Shown here in pieces: positions 36,374 through 43,901 of a stretch of DNA of 64,000 nucleotides. The notes under the pieces are model-generated. The model worked only from the letters and a program-made list of their open reading frames with translations, was not told the origin of the DNA and searched no databases. The DNA is from an uncultured Solirubrobacterales bacterium (lineage in GTDB: Bacteria > Actinomycetota > Thermoleophilia > Solirubrobacterales > Solirubrobacteraceae), in assembly GCA_963850335.1 (NCBI GenBank), contig CAWKKY010000008.1, positions 28,077 to 92,076 of the forward strand, in the 5' to 3' direction. The stretch's first letter is position 1. Every line of letters begins with the position of its first letter. The translations under genes were made by a program, and so were the position numbers.

Positions 36374-36417
36374 AAAACCTAGTTGGTATAGGTTATAACC
36401 TAACACCAATAGGTTTT
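36374..36417. promoter_or_regulatory. 44-bp AT-rich nested inverted repeat, putative TetR operator/promoter
   Basis: AAAACCTAGTTGGTA-TAGGTTATAACCTA-ACACCAATAGGTTTT upstream of the MBL-TetR-fdhD run. Confidence 0.65.
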
Positions 36418-37553
36418 CAAGCTCGCGAGATGACGACCCCCCTCGGCTGACCGAGGTGAGCACCGATGCGGTGCGCCTCGGCCTCGATGGCACGCTCCGT
36501 GGCCGCATCTGCCGGTTCCTCATCGAACAGCCGCACGCTCAGGGCATCGCCGTCGGCGTCCCATACGCCGATGACTCGTCCGCCACGGACGACTACGGGT
36601 GAGATCCAACCCGCGGTCTTACTCACCGCGGAGCGCCGCTCCGGTGCGACCACCCGCGGATCGTTCGTTCCCGGCCCGAGCACCGCCTGGTCGAACCCGG
36701 GGAGGAGGCGGACCGTCGACGACGGTGGGGTGGCGTGGAGTTCGTCGAGGTCGTCGGCGCACGCCCACATGGGCTCGCCCTCGACATCGACCGGCGCGAG
36801 CACCCCCTCGGCGTGCAGATCCCTGAACCAGCCGCGCAGCTGCGTCTTTCGAGACCGGCCACGCGTGAGCCAGGCATCGAAGGTCTCCGGCCGGGCCGGG
36901 CCGTACGTGCCGAGATACGCCGGGATGGCAACCCGCGCGGCGATGTCGGGCGCAGGGATACCGCCCCAGTCGGTGAGCCACGACTGCGGGCTCGTGAACG
37001 TCACCCGGTTTGCGCGGCTCGGGCCGTTGCACAAAAGCCCCATCCACGCCAAGGGCTTGAGCAGCGCGCTCCAGCCGGAGCGCAGGTGCTCGTCCAACTC
37101 GCGATGGCCGGCGCGCGCCGCGACCTCTTCGATCAGTTCGTCGCGCTCGAGCACCCGGCCGTCGAGGACCTCGGCCACGGTCGCTGCGAGCAGCGCGATC
37201 TCCTGCGGCCCAACTCCGAAGTTCCGTTGCCACGACGGCTGCTCCCACGTGCGAATCGCCCCCACGAGGGACAGGAACGCGCCGGCCTGGTCCGGGGCGA
37301 GCACGTGCAGGGTTCCGCGCATCGCCCAGGTCCGGAACACGGTTCGGTCGCGAAGGGCACCGGCGAGGGTGGCCGGCTGCGGGGGGTCTTGGCGGACCGC
37401 GACGGCAAGGCCCGCCGCCGACGGGACCTGGGCCTGCACTCCACACAGAGCGCGAACGACGGTGGGTGCGCTCACCGATCCAACCGGGTCAAGGAGCTGC
37501 CGGCGGAGCCGCCAGGCAAGGATCCGGTCCCAGGTCAGGGACCGCGACGTCAT
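36417..37553 (-). CDS. AlkZ/YcaQ-like (HTH_42) winged-helix DNA glycosylase family protein
   Basis: LCGVQAQVP (QxQ motif), RTWAMRGTLHVL, VRLLPGFDQ, WISPVVVRGGRVIGVW. Confidence 0.88.
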   Translation of the reverse strand: MTSRSLTWDRILAWRLRRQLLDPVGSVSAPTVVRALCGVQAQVPSAAGLAVAVRQDPPQPATLAGALRDRTVFRTWAMRGTLHVLAPDQAGAFLSLVGAIRTWEQPSWQRNFGVGPQEIALLAATVAEVLDGRVLERDELIEEVAARAGHRELDEHLRSGWSALLKPLAWMGLLCNGPSRANRVTFTSPQSWLTDWGGIPAPDIAARVAIPAYLGTYGPARPETFDAWLTRGRSRKTQLRGWFRDLHAEGVLAPVDVEGEPMWACADDLDELHATPPSSTVRLLPGFDQAVLGPGTNDPRVVAPERRSAVSKTAGWISPVVVRGGRVIGVWDADGDALSVRLFDEEPADAATERAIEAEAHRIGAHLGQPRGVVISRA

Positions 37554-37620
37554 CCGGCGAGCCGATGCCGTCCAGACGACATCTTCACGTACCGCCCGAC
37601 CCGTGCCATCGGGCGTGACG

Positions 37621-38004
37621 CTACACGTTGAGGGCCGGCTCCGCGGTCAGTTCAACCTCGAACGGCTGCGCTTCGTGGAGCACCCGGTGGATGGCCTCCG
37701 GGGGCATGGAGAACACGGAGTCCGCCCCGATCGTACGCGAGCGTGGCGGGCCACCGAGGGTCAGCCGATCCTCCCGCACGTTTCCGGAGATCACCGCGAT
37801 CGCCGCCGCGGACTCATCGTGATCGTGAAAACCGGTGTCCTGATCCTCGCTCCAGCAGATGACCCACGCGTTGACATCGGTGTCGTCCCAGATCTGCTCA
37901 TACACCCGGGCGTCGCCGGAGTGCCGGACGAGGTGGCGCCACCGGTCGGGACTCGCGACGAGTGAGCCGACGAACTCCTCGAGTTCCTGCACCGACAGGC
38001 TCAT
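37621..38004 (-). pseudogene. Cysteine dioxygenase-like cupin, apparently missing ~30 residues near the C-terminus
   Basis: ATG 38004. WVICWSEDQDTGFHDHDES and IHRV present, then jumps straight to a terminal-looking peptide. The usual SIHAYSPP-type strand is missing. Confidence 0.6.
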
Positions 38005-38214
38005 GCCGGTACTCCGAGCGGCTGGATGACCCGAGTCCCGTTGCGGATGATCGCCGGCGCCAGCCCGGCGGGGCGGGGCTCGACGACCGGTCGGTCCGAG
38101 GACGGTGGTCAGGCCGCCTGCCCGTCGGACGAACGGGAAACGGTCCCGACGCTCAAGCGCGTTGAGCAGCGATTCGGTCCAGATGTGTTGGTGGAGGTCG
38201 ATCCGCATTGACAC
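38001..38214 (-). pseudogene. Amidohydrolase remnant (first ~37 and last ~30 codons only)
   Basis: MRIDLHQHIW (HxH) N-terminus, then in a shifted frame SDRPVVEPRPAGLAPAIIRN...VPA*, whose TGA overlaps the CDO ATG (ATGA). Confidence 0.7.
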
Positions 38215-38237
38215 TGGCTCCCCAAGGGCCTTCTACA

Positions 38238-38256
38238 CTAACTCGATTGAGTTTAG
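38238..38256. promoter_or_regulatory. Putative operator CTAACTC-GATT-GAGTTTAG
   Basis: Near-palindrome ~25 bp upstream of the amidohydrolase/CDO unit. Reminiscent of Rrf2-type boxes (inference). Confidence 0.45.
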
Positions 38257-38375
38257 CAAGATGCCGAGCATGAGCGTCACCACGGCTCGGCCGCGCCCCT
38301 CCGAAAACAAACTCATGCGTCACGCGGCCCCAGACTGGGAAGCACCGTCTCCAGGGAAAGGAGGGAGGTGACTAG

Positions 38376-38510
38376 ATGCTCCTCTTACTAGCAATCGTTT
38401 TGCTGATCATTGCGATCGCCGGCGGCGTGATCATTCACCCCATACTGTTCGCCATCGCGATTCTCGCGCTCGTGGTGTTCTTCAGCGGTCGTCGCGGCGC
38501 CCTGGGCTGA
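38376..38510 (+). CDS. 44-aa hydrophobic membrane peptide (below the ORF-track cutoff)
   Basis: Strong RBS AAGGAGGGAGGTGA. MLLLLAIVLLIIAIAGGVIIHPILFAIAILALVVFFSGRRGALG*. Confidence 0.75.
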   Translation: MLLLLAIVLLIIAIAGGVIIHPILFAIAILALVVFFSGRRGALG

Positions 38511-38618
38511 CGGCCCGGCTCACGATGGAGGGGCCAGCCCGGGTGGGAGCGGGCTGGCCGGGAACGACGACGGGGCCGAGGAACGAATCCCCGGCCCCGC
38601 AGAAGGAGAGGAATTGCG

Positions 38619-39035
38619 TTAGGCCTTCGGGCAGCTGGCGAGGGCCTGCTGCTGGGCGGCCTGCGGGACCGACTGCTTGACGATCTCCTGGCAGACCTGA
38701 GCGGCAGCCTTGAGGACGCCAGCCTCGTTGCCGGACGCGGCCTGATCGCACAGGCCCGACAACTTCGCCTTGGCGTCGGCCGAGATATTCGGTGCGGCGG
38801 CGATCCGCTGCTTGCACGCGGCGACGGCGGCCTTCACCGCCGGGTTGTTGGCAATCGCCGAGCCGCCCGAGGGGGCGGCGGAGGACGAGGCGCTGCTGGA
38901 CGACGCTGCGGCAGTCGTGCTCGAGCTGGTCGCGGGAGCCGACGACGAGGACGCCGTGCTGGAGGAGGAGCTGCTGCTTCCGCATCCGCCAATGAAGGCG
39001 GCGACCGCGAGCAGCGCCGTGAGTGTCTTGATCAT
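38619..39035 (-). CDS. Ser-rich lipoprotein with a four-Cys helical C-terminal domain
   Basis: ATG 39035, lipobox IGGC, poly-Ser linker. Confidence 0.75.
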   Translation of the reverse strand: MIKTLTALLAVAAFIGGCGSSSSSSSTASSSSAPATSSSTTAAASSSSASSSAAPSGGSAIANNPAVKAAVAACKQRIAAAPNISADAKAKLSGLCDQAASGNEAGVLKAAAQVCQEIVKQSVPQAAQQQALASCPKA

Positions 39036-39151
39036 GGCCGACACCCTAGCCGTCATCGCCGCAACGTTCAGTGTCGGTTGAGGCTCGGTTCAGTCCCACC
39101 ATGTCGCAAACAGCGACAAAACGCACCGGGTTCCGGCGCGACGACGGCGGG

Positions 39152-40096
39152 TCAGGCCACCGCGGGCGCGAGCTCTGATCCGAGCAGCGCGACGGCATCG
39201 AGGTCGTCGTGAGCGAGGTGCTGGCACATCACCCGGCTCACGCCGGCATCGCGCAGCGCGAGGAGCTGTTCCTGTGCCTGCTCCACGGTGCCGACAATCC
39301 ACCCGTTCGGCACGGCCTCCAGGAGGCTCGGATTGCCGCTGAGCTCGGCGACGTGGGCCCGGCGCCGTGTGAGTTCGGCGTCGTTCTCACCGATGATCAC
39401 GCCGGTCATCACGGAGAACGGGATCGGGTCGCGGCCCCGCTCAGCGCACGCGGCGTCGACGCGGGCGCGACGTTCACGCACCTCGTCGACCGTCGGAAAG
39501 ACGGTGTTGTACTCGTCCGCGTAGTCGGCGGCGAGTCCGGCGCTGCGGGGGCCGGCGAGGCCGCCCATGATCAGCGGCGGCCCAGGGCGCTGGACCGGCT
39601 TGGGTTGGGCGACGAGATCACGGAGCTGGTAGTGACGGCCGTCGAAGCTGAACGGGGCGTCCGCCCAGCTGCCCCGGATCACCTGGAGCTGCTCCTCCAG
39701 GATCTCCATCCGAATCCGCGTCGGCGGGAACGGAAAACCGTACGCCGCGTGCTCCCGCTCGTGCCAGCCCGCTCCGAGGCCGAGCTCGACGCGACCACCG
39801 GAGACGTGGTCGGCCGTCACGACCAGCTTCGCGAGCGCCGATGGATGCCGGAAGGTCGCCGGCGAGACGAGCGTCCCGAGGCGCAGCGTCGTCGTGACGG
39901 CGGCGAGCGCGTTGACCGTCGCCCACGCATCGAGAGCGCCACGCTCCGGATGGGCGCCGTCGAGGTTGAGGTAATGGTCGGAGCGGAACAGCGCAGGAAT
40001 TCCGTGGGCCTCACACGCCTGCGCGAGCGCCACCCATTGCGGCCAGCTGACGCCCTCCTGCCCCTCGATCATCAAGCAGAGTTGCATCCCGCTCAC
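39152..40096 (-). CDS. LLM-class (probably F420-dependent) oxidoreductase
   Basis: LFRSDHY, RLGTLVSPATFRHP, GRVELGLGAGW, PKPVQRPGPPLIMGG. Confidence 0.92.
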   Translation of the reverse strand: MSGMQLCLMIEGQEGVSWPQWVALAQACEAHGIPALFRSDHYLNLDGAHPERGALDAWATVNALAAVTTTLRLGTLVSPATFRHPSALAKLVVTADHVSGGRVELGLGAGWHEREHAAYGFPFPPTRIRMEILEEQLQVIRGSWADAPFSFDGRHYQLRDLVAQPKPVQRPGPPLIMGGLAGPRSAGLAADYADEYNTVFPTVDEVRERRARVDAACAERGRDPIPFSVMTGVIIGENDAELTRRRAHVAELSGNPSLLEAVPNGWIVGTVEQAQEQLLALRDAGVSRVMCQHLAHDDLDAVALLGSELAPAVA

Positions 40097-40740
40097 AACA
40101 TCACCACGGTCCGCCCGCCGGAACGGATGAGGGCCTCGAGCTGTGAGCGGCCGCCGCCGATCACCGGCCCGCCGTGGGCGAGGAGCACGTGCTCGAAGTC
40201 GAGCTCGCGCACGGCCCGCTCGAAGGACTCAAGCAGTCGCCGCTTCGTCCCGGACGGGTCGTCCATCAACGAATCCGGGACGAACCCAAGCTCGCCGTCC
40301 GGCCCGCGGACGAGGCCGTCGGCGAACCAGATCGCGCGGGCAGGGGCGAGGTAGAGCGCCATGTCGTCGGGGCAGATGGCGTCGATCTCGAACGCGAGCA
40401 GGCCGCCCGGCAACGTCTCGCCGGGCTCGTAGGCGCTCACCGACTCGCCGTGGGTGAACTCGTGCATGCCGGCGCTCACGCACAGCACCGGGCAGCCGTA
40501 GCGGGCGGCGAGCTCCCCGCTGTGGCGGTAGTGATGGCGGTTGGAGAGCACGATCGCGCGGGGCGGCGTGGGCCGGTCGGCGAACCACTCGATCCCGACG
40601 CCCGGCGGCGCCAGCGGGTCGATGAGTACGCCGGCCTCGTCCAGCCAGTACGAGGACACCTCCATCCCGATGTTCGGGTGGACCGCGGTCCAGTGGTAGA
40701 CGCCGGGGAGAACCTCGCGCACGGGTTCAAGCCTATCCAT
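40093..40740 (-). CDS. MBL-fold-like hypothetical protein
   Basis: VLIDP, SNRHHYRHS, ADG, LAHG. 4-bp overlap with the LLM gene. Confidence 0.7.
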   Translation of the reverse strand: MDRLEPVREVLPGVYHWTAVHPNIGMEVSSYWLDEAGVLIDPLAPPGVGIEWFADRPTPPRAIVLSNRHHYRHSGELAARYGCPVLCVSAGMHEFTHGESVSAYEPGETLPGGLLAFEIDAICPDDMALYLAPARAIWFADGLVRGPDGELGFVPDSLMDDPSGTKRRLLESFERAVRELDFEHVLLAHGGPVIGGGRSQLEALIRSGGRTVVML

Positions 40741-40869
40741 CACCCACGCCGGGGCCACGGATGTGGATCGACCGATGAGTTTTCGCTGCGGCGAATGTCA
40801 CATCTATTCGACCCGTGGCGTCGTAGAACACATATAACGCCCGCCGCCGTTACCCGACCCCTGTCCACG

Positions 40870-42258
40870 ATGATCTCTTCCGACCACGCCGCCGCCGATT
40901 TCACGCTGCCCCCGCTCGAGCTGCGCTCGCTGGCGCGGCGCGCGATCCTCCCCGCGCTGTTCGGCGCCGTCATCGCCGCGTTCGTGGTCGTCGGGGGCCA
41001 CCGCATCGGCGCGATTTCATCGGTCTTGCATCGGGCGCTCGGGGTGAACGCCGTGTGGACCGCAGCCGGGATCGCGTTTGAGGGCGTCTCCATCGCCGGC
41101 TACATCGCCCTGCTCGCGTTCGTGGCGGGCCGGGCCAGCTCTCGGATCGGGACACGGGAGAGCGCCGAGATCGCGCTCGCCGGAACGGCCGCGACTCGGC
41201 TGCTGCCGACCGCCGGGGCCGGCGGAGCGGCGCTGACCGTGTGGTCGCTGCGGCGCTCCGGGTTGACCGCGGCCAGCGCGACTCGCACGCTGCTCGCGTT
41301 CCTCGTCGTCCTGTATTCGATGTTCCTGCTCGCGATCGTGCTCGCCGGCGCGCCACTGGCGGTCGGGCTCGTCCCGAACGACGGACCCTTCGTGCTGAGC
41401 GCAGTGCCGGCCCTGGCGGCGACGCTCGCAATCGCGCTTGCGCTCGGCCTGGCGCTCCGCGCCCGCTCGGGGAAGGCGGCGCTGATCGGCGGCGCAGTGC
41501 GAGACGCGGTCGCCCTCATCCGTTCCCGGGATGCGCGTCTGGCGGGCGCGCCTGCGTACTGGGCGTTCGACGCGGCCGTGCTGTGGTCGATGCTCCACGC
41601 GTTCGGCCACGCGCCGTCTGTCGCTGTTGTCGTCCTCGCCTATTTCGTCGGGCAGGTGGCGAACACGCTGCCGCTCCCAGGCTCGGTGAGCGGCGGGATC
41701 GCCGGCGTGCTGATCGCGTTTGGCGTCCCGGCAGCGGTGGCGCTCCCAGCCGTCCTCGCGTACCGGACGATCGCGGTGTGGCTGCCGGTGCCGCTCGCGG
41801 TGGCCGCGCTGTCCCGGCTGCGGCGGACGATCAATCGCTGGAGCGCCGAGGACGAGGCCGGGTCACCCGCCGCGCTCACGGACGACCTCGCTGGCGGCCT
41901 TGTCGTCACGCAGACCGAGGTACCGCGGATGGCGCAGCCGACCGTGGCGCGTCCACTCGGTGAAACCGACCTCGGCGACGAGCGCCGGGGCGACCCAGGT
42001 CACGTCGCGTTCACGGATCGACCCGGGGTCGTCGAACGGGGAGCGGTCGGAGCGCAGTTTGCGCATCTGCGCGGCGAGTTCACGGAGCGTCGGCTCGTCG
42101 AATCCGGTGCCGACCTTGCCGGCGTACCGCAGCCGGTCGCCGTCGAAGTATCCGACCAGCAGCGCGCCAAATTCGAGCCGCGAGCCCCGCGGCGCCGTGT
42201 AGCCGCCGATCACAAGCTCCTGCCCGTGCTCGCACTTGAACTTGAGCCAGTCGCGTGA
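40870..42258 (+). CDS. Lysylphosphatidylglycerol synthase TM-domain/flippase-like (YbhN/UPF0104) protein; C-terminus runs antisense into the ligase gene
   Basis: ATG 40870. LLPTAGAGG, ANTLPLPGSVSG, VLAYRTIAVWLP. Homology ends at ~41850 but the frame stays open to 42258. Confidence 0.78.
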   Translation: MISSDHAAADFTLPPLELRSLARRAILPALFGAVIAAFVVVGGHRIGAISSVLHRALGVNAVWTAAGIAFEGVSIAGYIALLAFVAGRASSRIGTRESAEIALAGTAATRLLPTAGAGGAALTVWSLRRSGLTAASATRTLLAFLVVLYSMFLLAIVLAGAPLAVGLVPNDGPFVLSAVPALAATLAIALALGLALRARSGKAALIGGAVRDAVALIRSRDARLAGAPAYWAFDAAVLWSMLHAFGHAPSVAVVVLAYFVGQVANTLPLPGSVSGGIAGVLIAFGVPAAVALPAVLAYRTIAVWLPVPLAVAALSRLRRTINRWSAEDEAGSPAALTDDLAGGLVVTQTEVPRMAQPTVARPLGETDLGDERRGDPGHVAFTDRPGVVERGAVGAQFAHLRGEFTERRLVESGADLAGVPQPVAVEVSDQQRAKFEPRAPRRRVAADHKLLPVLALELEPVA

Positions 42259-42843
42259 GCGGGCGGACGAATACCGGCTGTCGGCGCGCTTGGCGATGAG
42301 TCCCTCCCAGCCCTTGCGGCAGGCCTCGCGGAACAGTTCCTCGCCCACACCGTTGCGGTGAGGTGTCAGGCGGATCCCATCGCCGAACGACAGCGCGTCG
42401 CGCAACAGCGACTTGCGCGCCCGCAGCGGCAGCGAGCGCACGTCGTAGCCGTCAAGCCAGAGGATGTCGAAGACGTAGTAGAAGACCGGGACCGGGCGCT
42501 GGTGGCGCTGGGCGAGCAGTGTGAAGCTCGTCTGTGATCCCTGAAAGGCGACGATCTCCCCGTCGACCGCGAACTCGCTGCCGGTCTGGGCGCATAGCGC
42601 GTCGGCGATCTCGGGATAGCGCGTGTTCTGGGAGAGGTCGTTGCGGGACAGCAGCCGCACTGCGTCGCCCGAGCGAATCGCGAGACAGCGCACGCCGTCA
42701 AGTTTGCGCTCGAACATCCACTCCGGATCGCTGAACCGCTCATCGGTGAGTACCGCCTTCATCACGGCGGCGTGGCTGGGCGGCGGCGCCGCCGAGATCA
42801 GCTCCCGCTGCTGCGCGGTCAGGCGGTCAAGCGGACTGCTCAA
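41863..42843 (-). CDS. ligD: ATP-dependent DNA ligase, stand-alone LigD-type ligase domain
   Basis: ERKLDGVR (KxDG), DGEIV, FDIL, EGLIAKR, WLKFK, GKVGTGF, LRHPRYLGLRDDK. No Pol or PE domains. Confidence 0.85.
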   Translation of the reverse strand: MSSPLDRLTAQQRELISAAPPPSHAAVMKAVLTDERFSDPEWMFERKLDGVRCLAIRSGDAVRLLSRNDLSQNTRYPEIADALCAQTGSEFAVDGEIVAFQGSQTSFTLLAQRHQRPVPVFYYVFDILWLDGYDVRSLPLRARKSLLRDALSFGDGIRLTPHRNGVGEELFREACRKGWEGLIAKRADSRYSSARSRDWLKFKCEHGQELVIGGYTAPRGSRLEFGALLVGYFDGDRLRYAGKVGTGFDEPTLRELAAQMRKLRSDRSPFDDPGSIRERDVTWVAPALVAEVGFTEWTRHGRLRHPRYLGLRDDKAASEVVRERGG

Positions 42844-42846
42844 GGC

Positions 42847-43785
42847 TCACGGGTACCCGCCGAGGATGCGGTCAAGCTCCGCCAGATCGTCGTCGCTCGG
42901 CGTCCACGTCGCCGCAGCGGCGTTCGCCCGCACCTGCTCGGGCTTGGTCGCTCCCGCGATCACGGAGGACACGACATCATGCGCGAGCAGCGCCCCGAGA
43001 GCGACGGCGAGCAGCGACAACCCGCGCGCCTCCGCGAACCCTGTCAGCGCCTCGAGTTGGTCGAACTGCTGCGGCGTGGCCACACTGTCGCGGCCGGCCA
43101 GCCGCGTACCGGTGGGGGCATCCTCGCCGCGGCGGTACTTGCCGGTGAGCAGTCCGGACGCGAGCGGGAAGAACGGCACGAAGCCAAGCCCGAGTTGTTC
43201 GCACGCCGGCAGCACCTCGCGCTCGGCCTCGCGGACGAGCAGGCTGTACTCGTTTTGGATCGCGGCGAATCGGGTGAGCCCCTGCTCGACCGCGACCGTC
43301 TCCGCCGCCTCGATCTCGGCGGCGCTGAAGTTCGAGGCACCGATGGCCCGGACCGTTCCCGCGGTGACGAGTTCATGGAGCGCACCGAGCGTCTCGGCAA
43401 TCGGGGTCTCGCCGTCCGGGCGGTGGTACCAGTAGACGTCGATCACGTCGGTGCGGAGCCGGCGGAGACTGTTCTCGACCGCCTGGCGGATGTAGTCGCG
43501 TGATCCACGCGGCCCCTTGCCGTCACCCATGTCCATGCCGAACTTTGTCGCCAGCACGACCTCATCGCGCCGCCCATCCAGCACGCGGCCGAGCTGCTCC
43601 TCGCTCTCGCCACGGCCGTAAATGTCCGCGGTATCGAAGAACGTGACGCCGGCGTCGAGCGCGGCGTCGACGACCGTCCGCGTGTCGTCGAGTGCGAGCC
43701 GGCGGCCGAAGTTGTTACAGCCGAGTCCGACGATCGTGGTCGGCAGGCCGTCGCGGCCGAGCGGGCGGGTCGGGAGCGGGCTCAT
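42847..43785 (-). CDS. Aldo/keto reductase
   Basis: GLGCNNFG, FDTADIYG, LATKFG, SLRRLRTDVID, QNEYSLL. ATG 43785. Confidence 0.94.
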   Translation of the reverse strand: MSPLPTRPLGRDGLPTTIVGLGCNNFGRRLALDDTRTVVDAALDAGVTFFDTADIYGRGESEEQLGRVLDGRRDEVVLATKFGMDMGDGKGPRGSRDYIRQAVENSLRRLRTDVIDVYWYHRPDGETPIAETLGALHELVTAGTVRAIGASNFSAAEIEAAETVAVEQGLTRFAAIQNEYSLLVREAEREVLPACEQLGLGFVPFFPLASGLLTGKYRRGEDAPTGTRLAGRDSVATPQQFDQLEALTGFAEARGLSLLAVALGALLAHDVVSSVIAGATKPEQVRANAAAATWTPSDDDLAELDRILGGYP

Positions 43786-43901
43786 CGCGCAGAAATCTAA
43801 CGCAGCGCCGACATCACCCGTCGGCGGTGCAACCGCGTGCCACCGGGCGTCGGACGGGTAGGCTCCGACCCTCGGCGGAGCCAGCCGCCGATTAACTGCA
43901 C

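Noticed and set aside
36466-37965. 499-aa plus-strand ORF
   Set aside because: Antisense to the AlkZ-like and CDO genes; low-complexity composition.
38880-38990. GACGAG/GAGGAC-type short repeats
   Set aside because: They encode the poly-Ser/Ala linker of the lipoprotein and are not an independent element.
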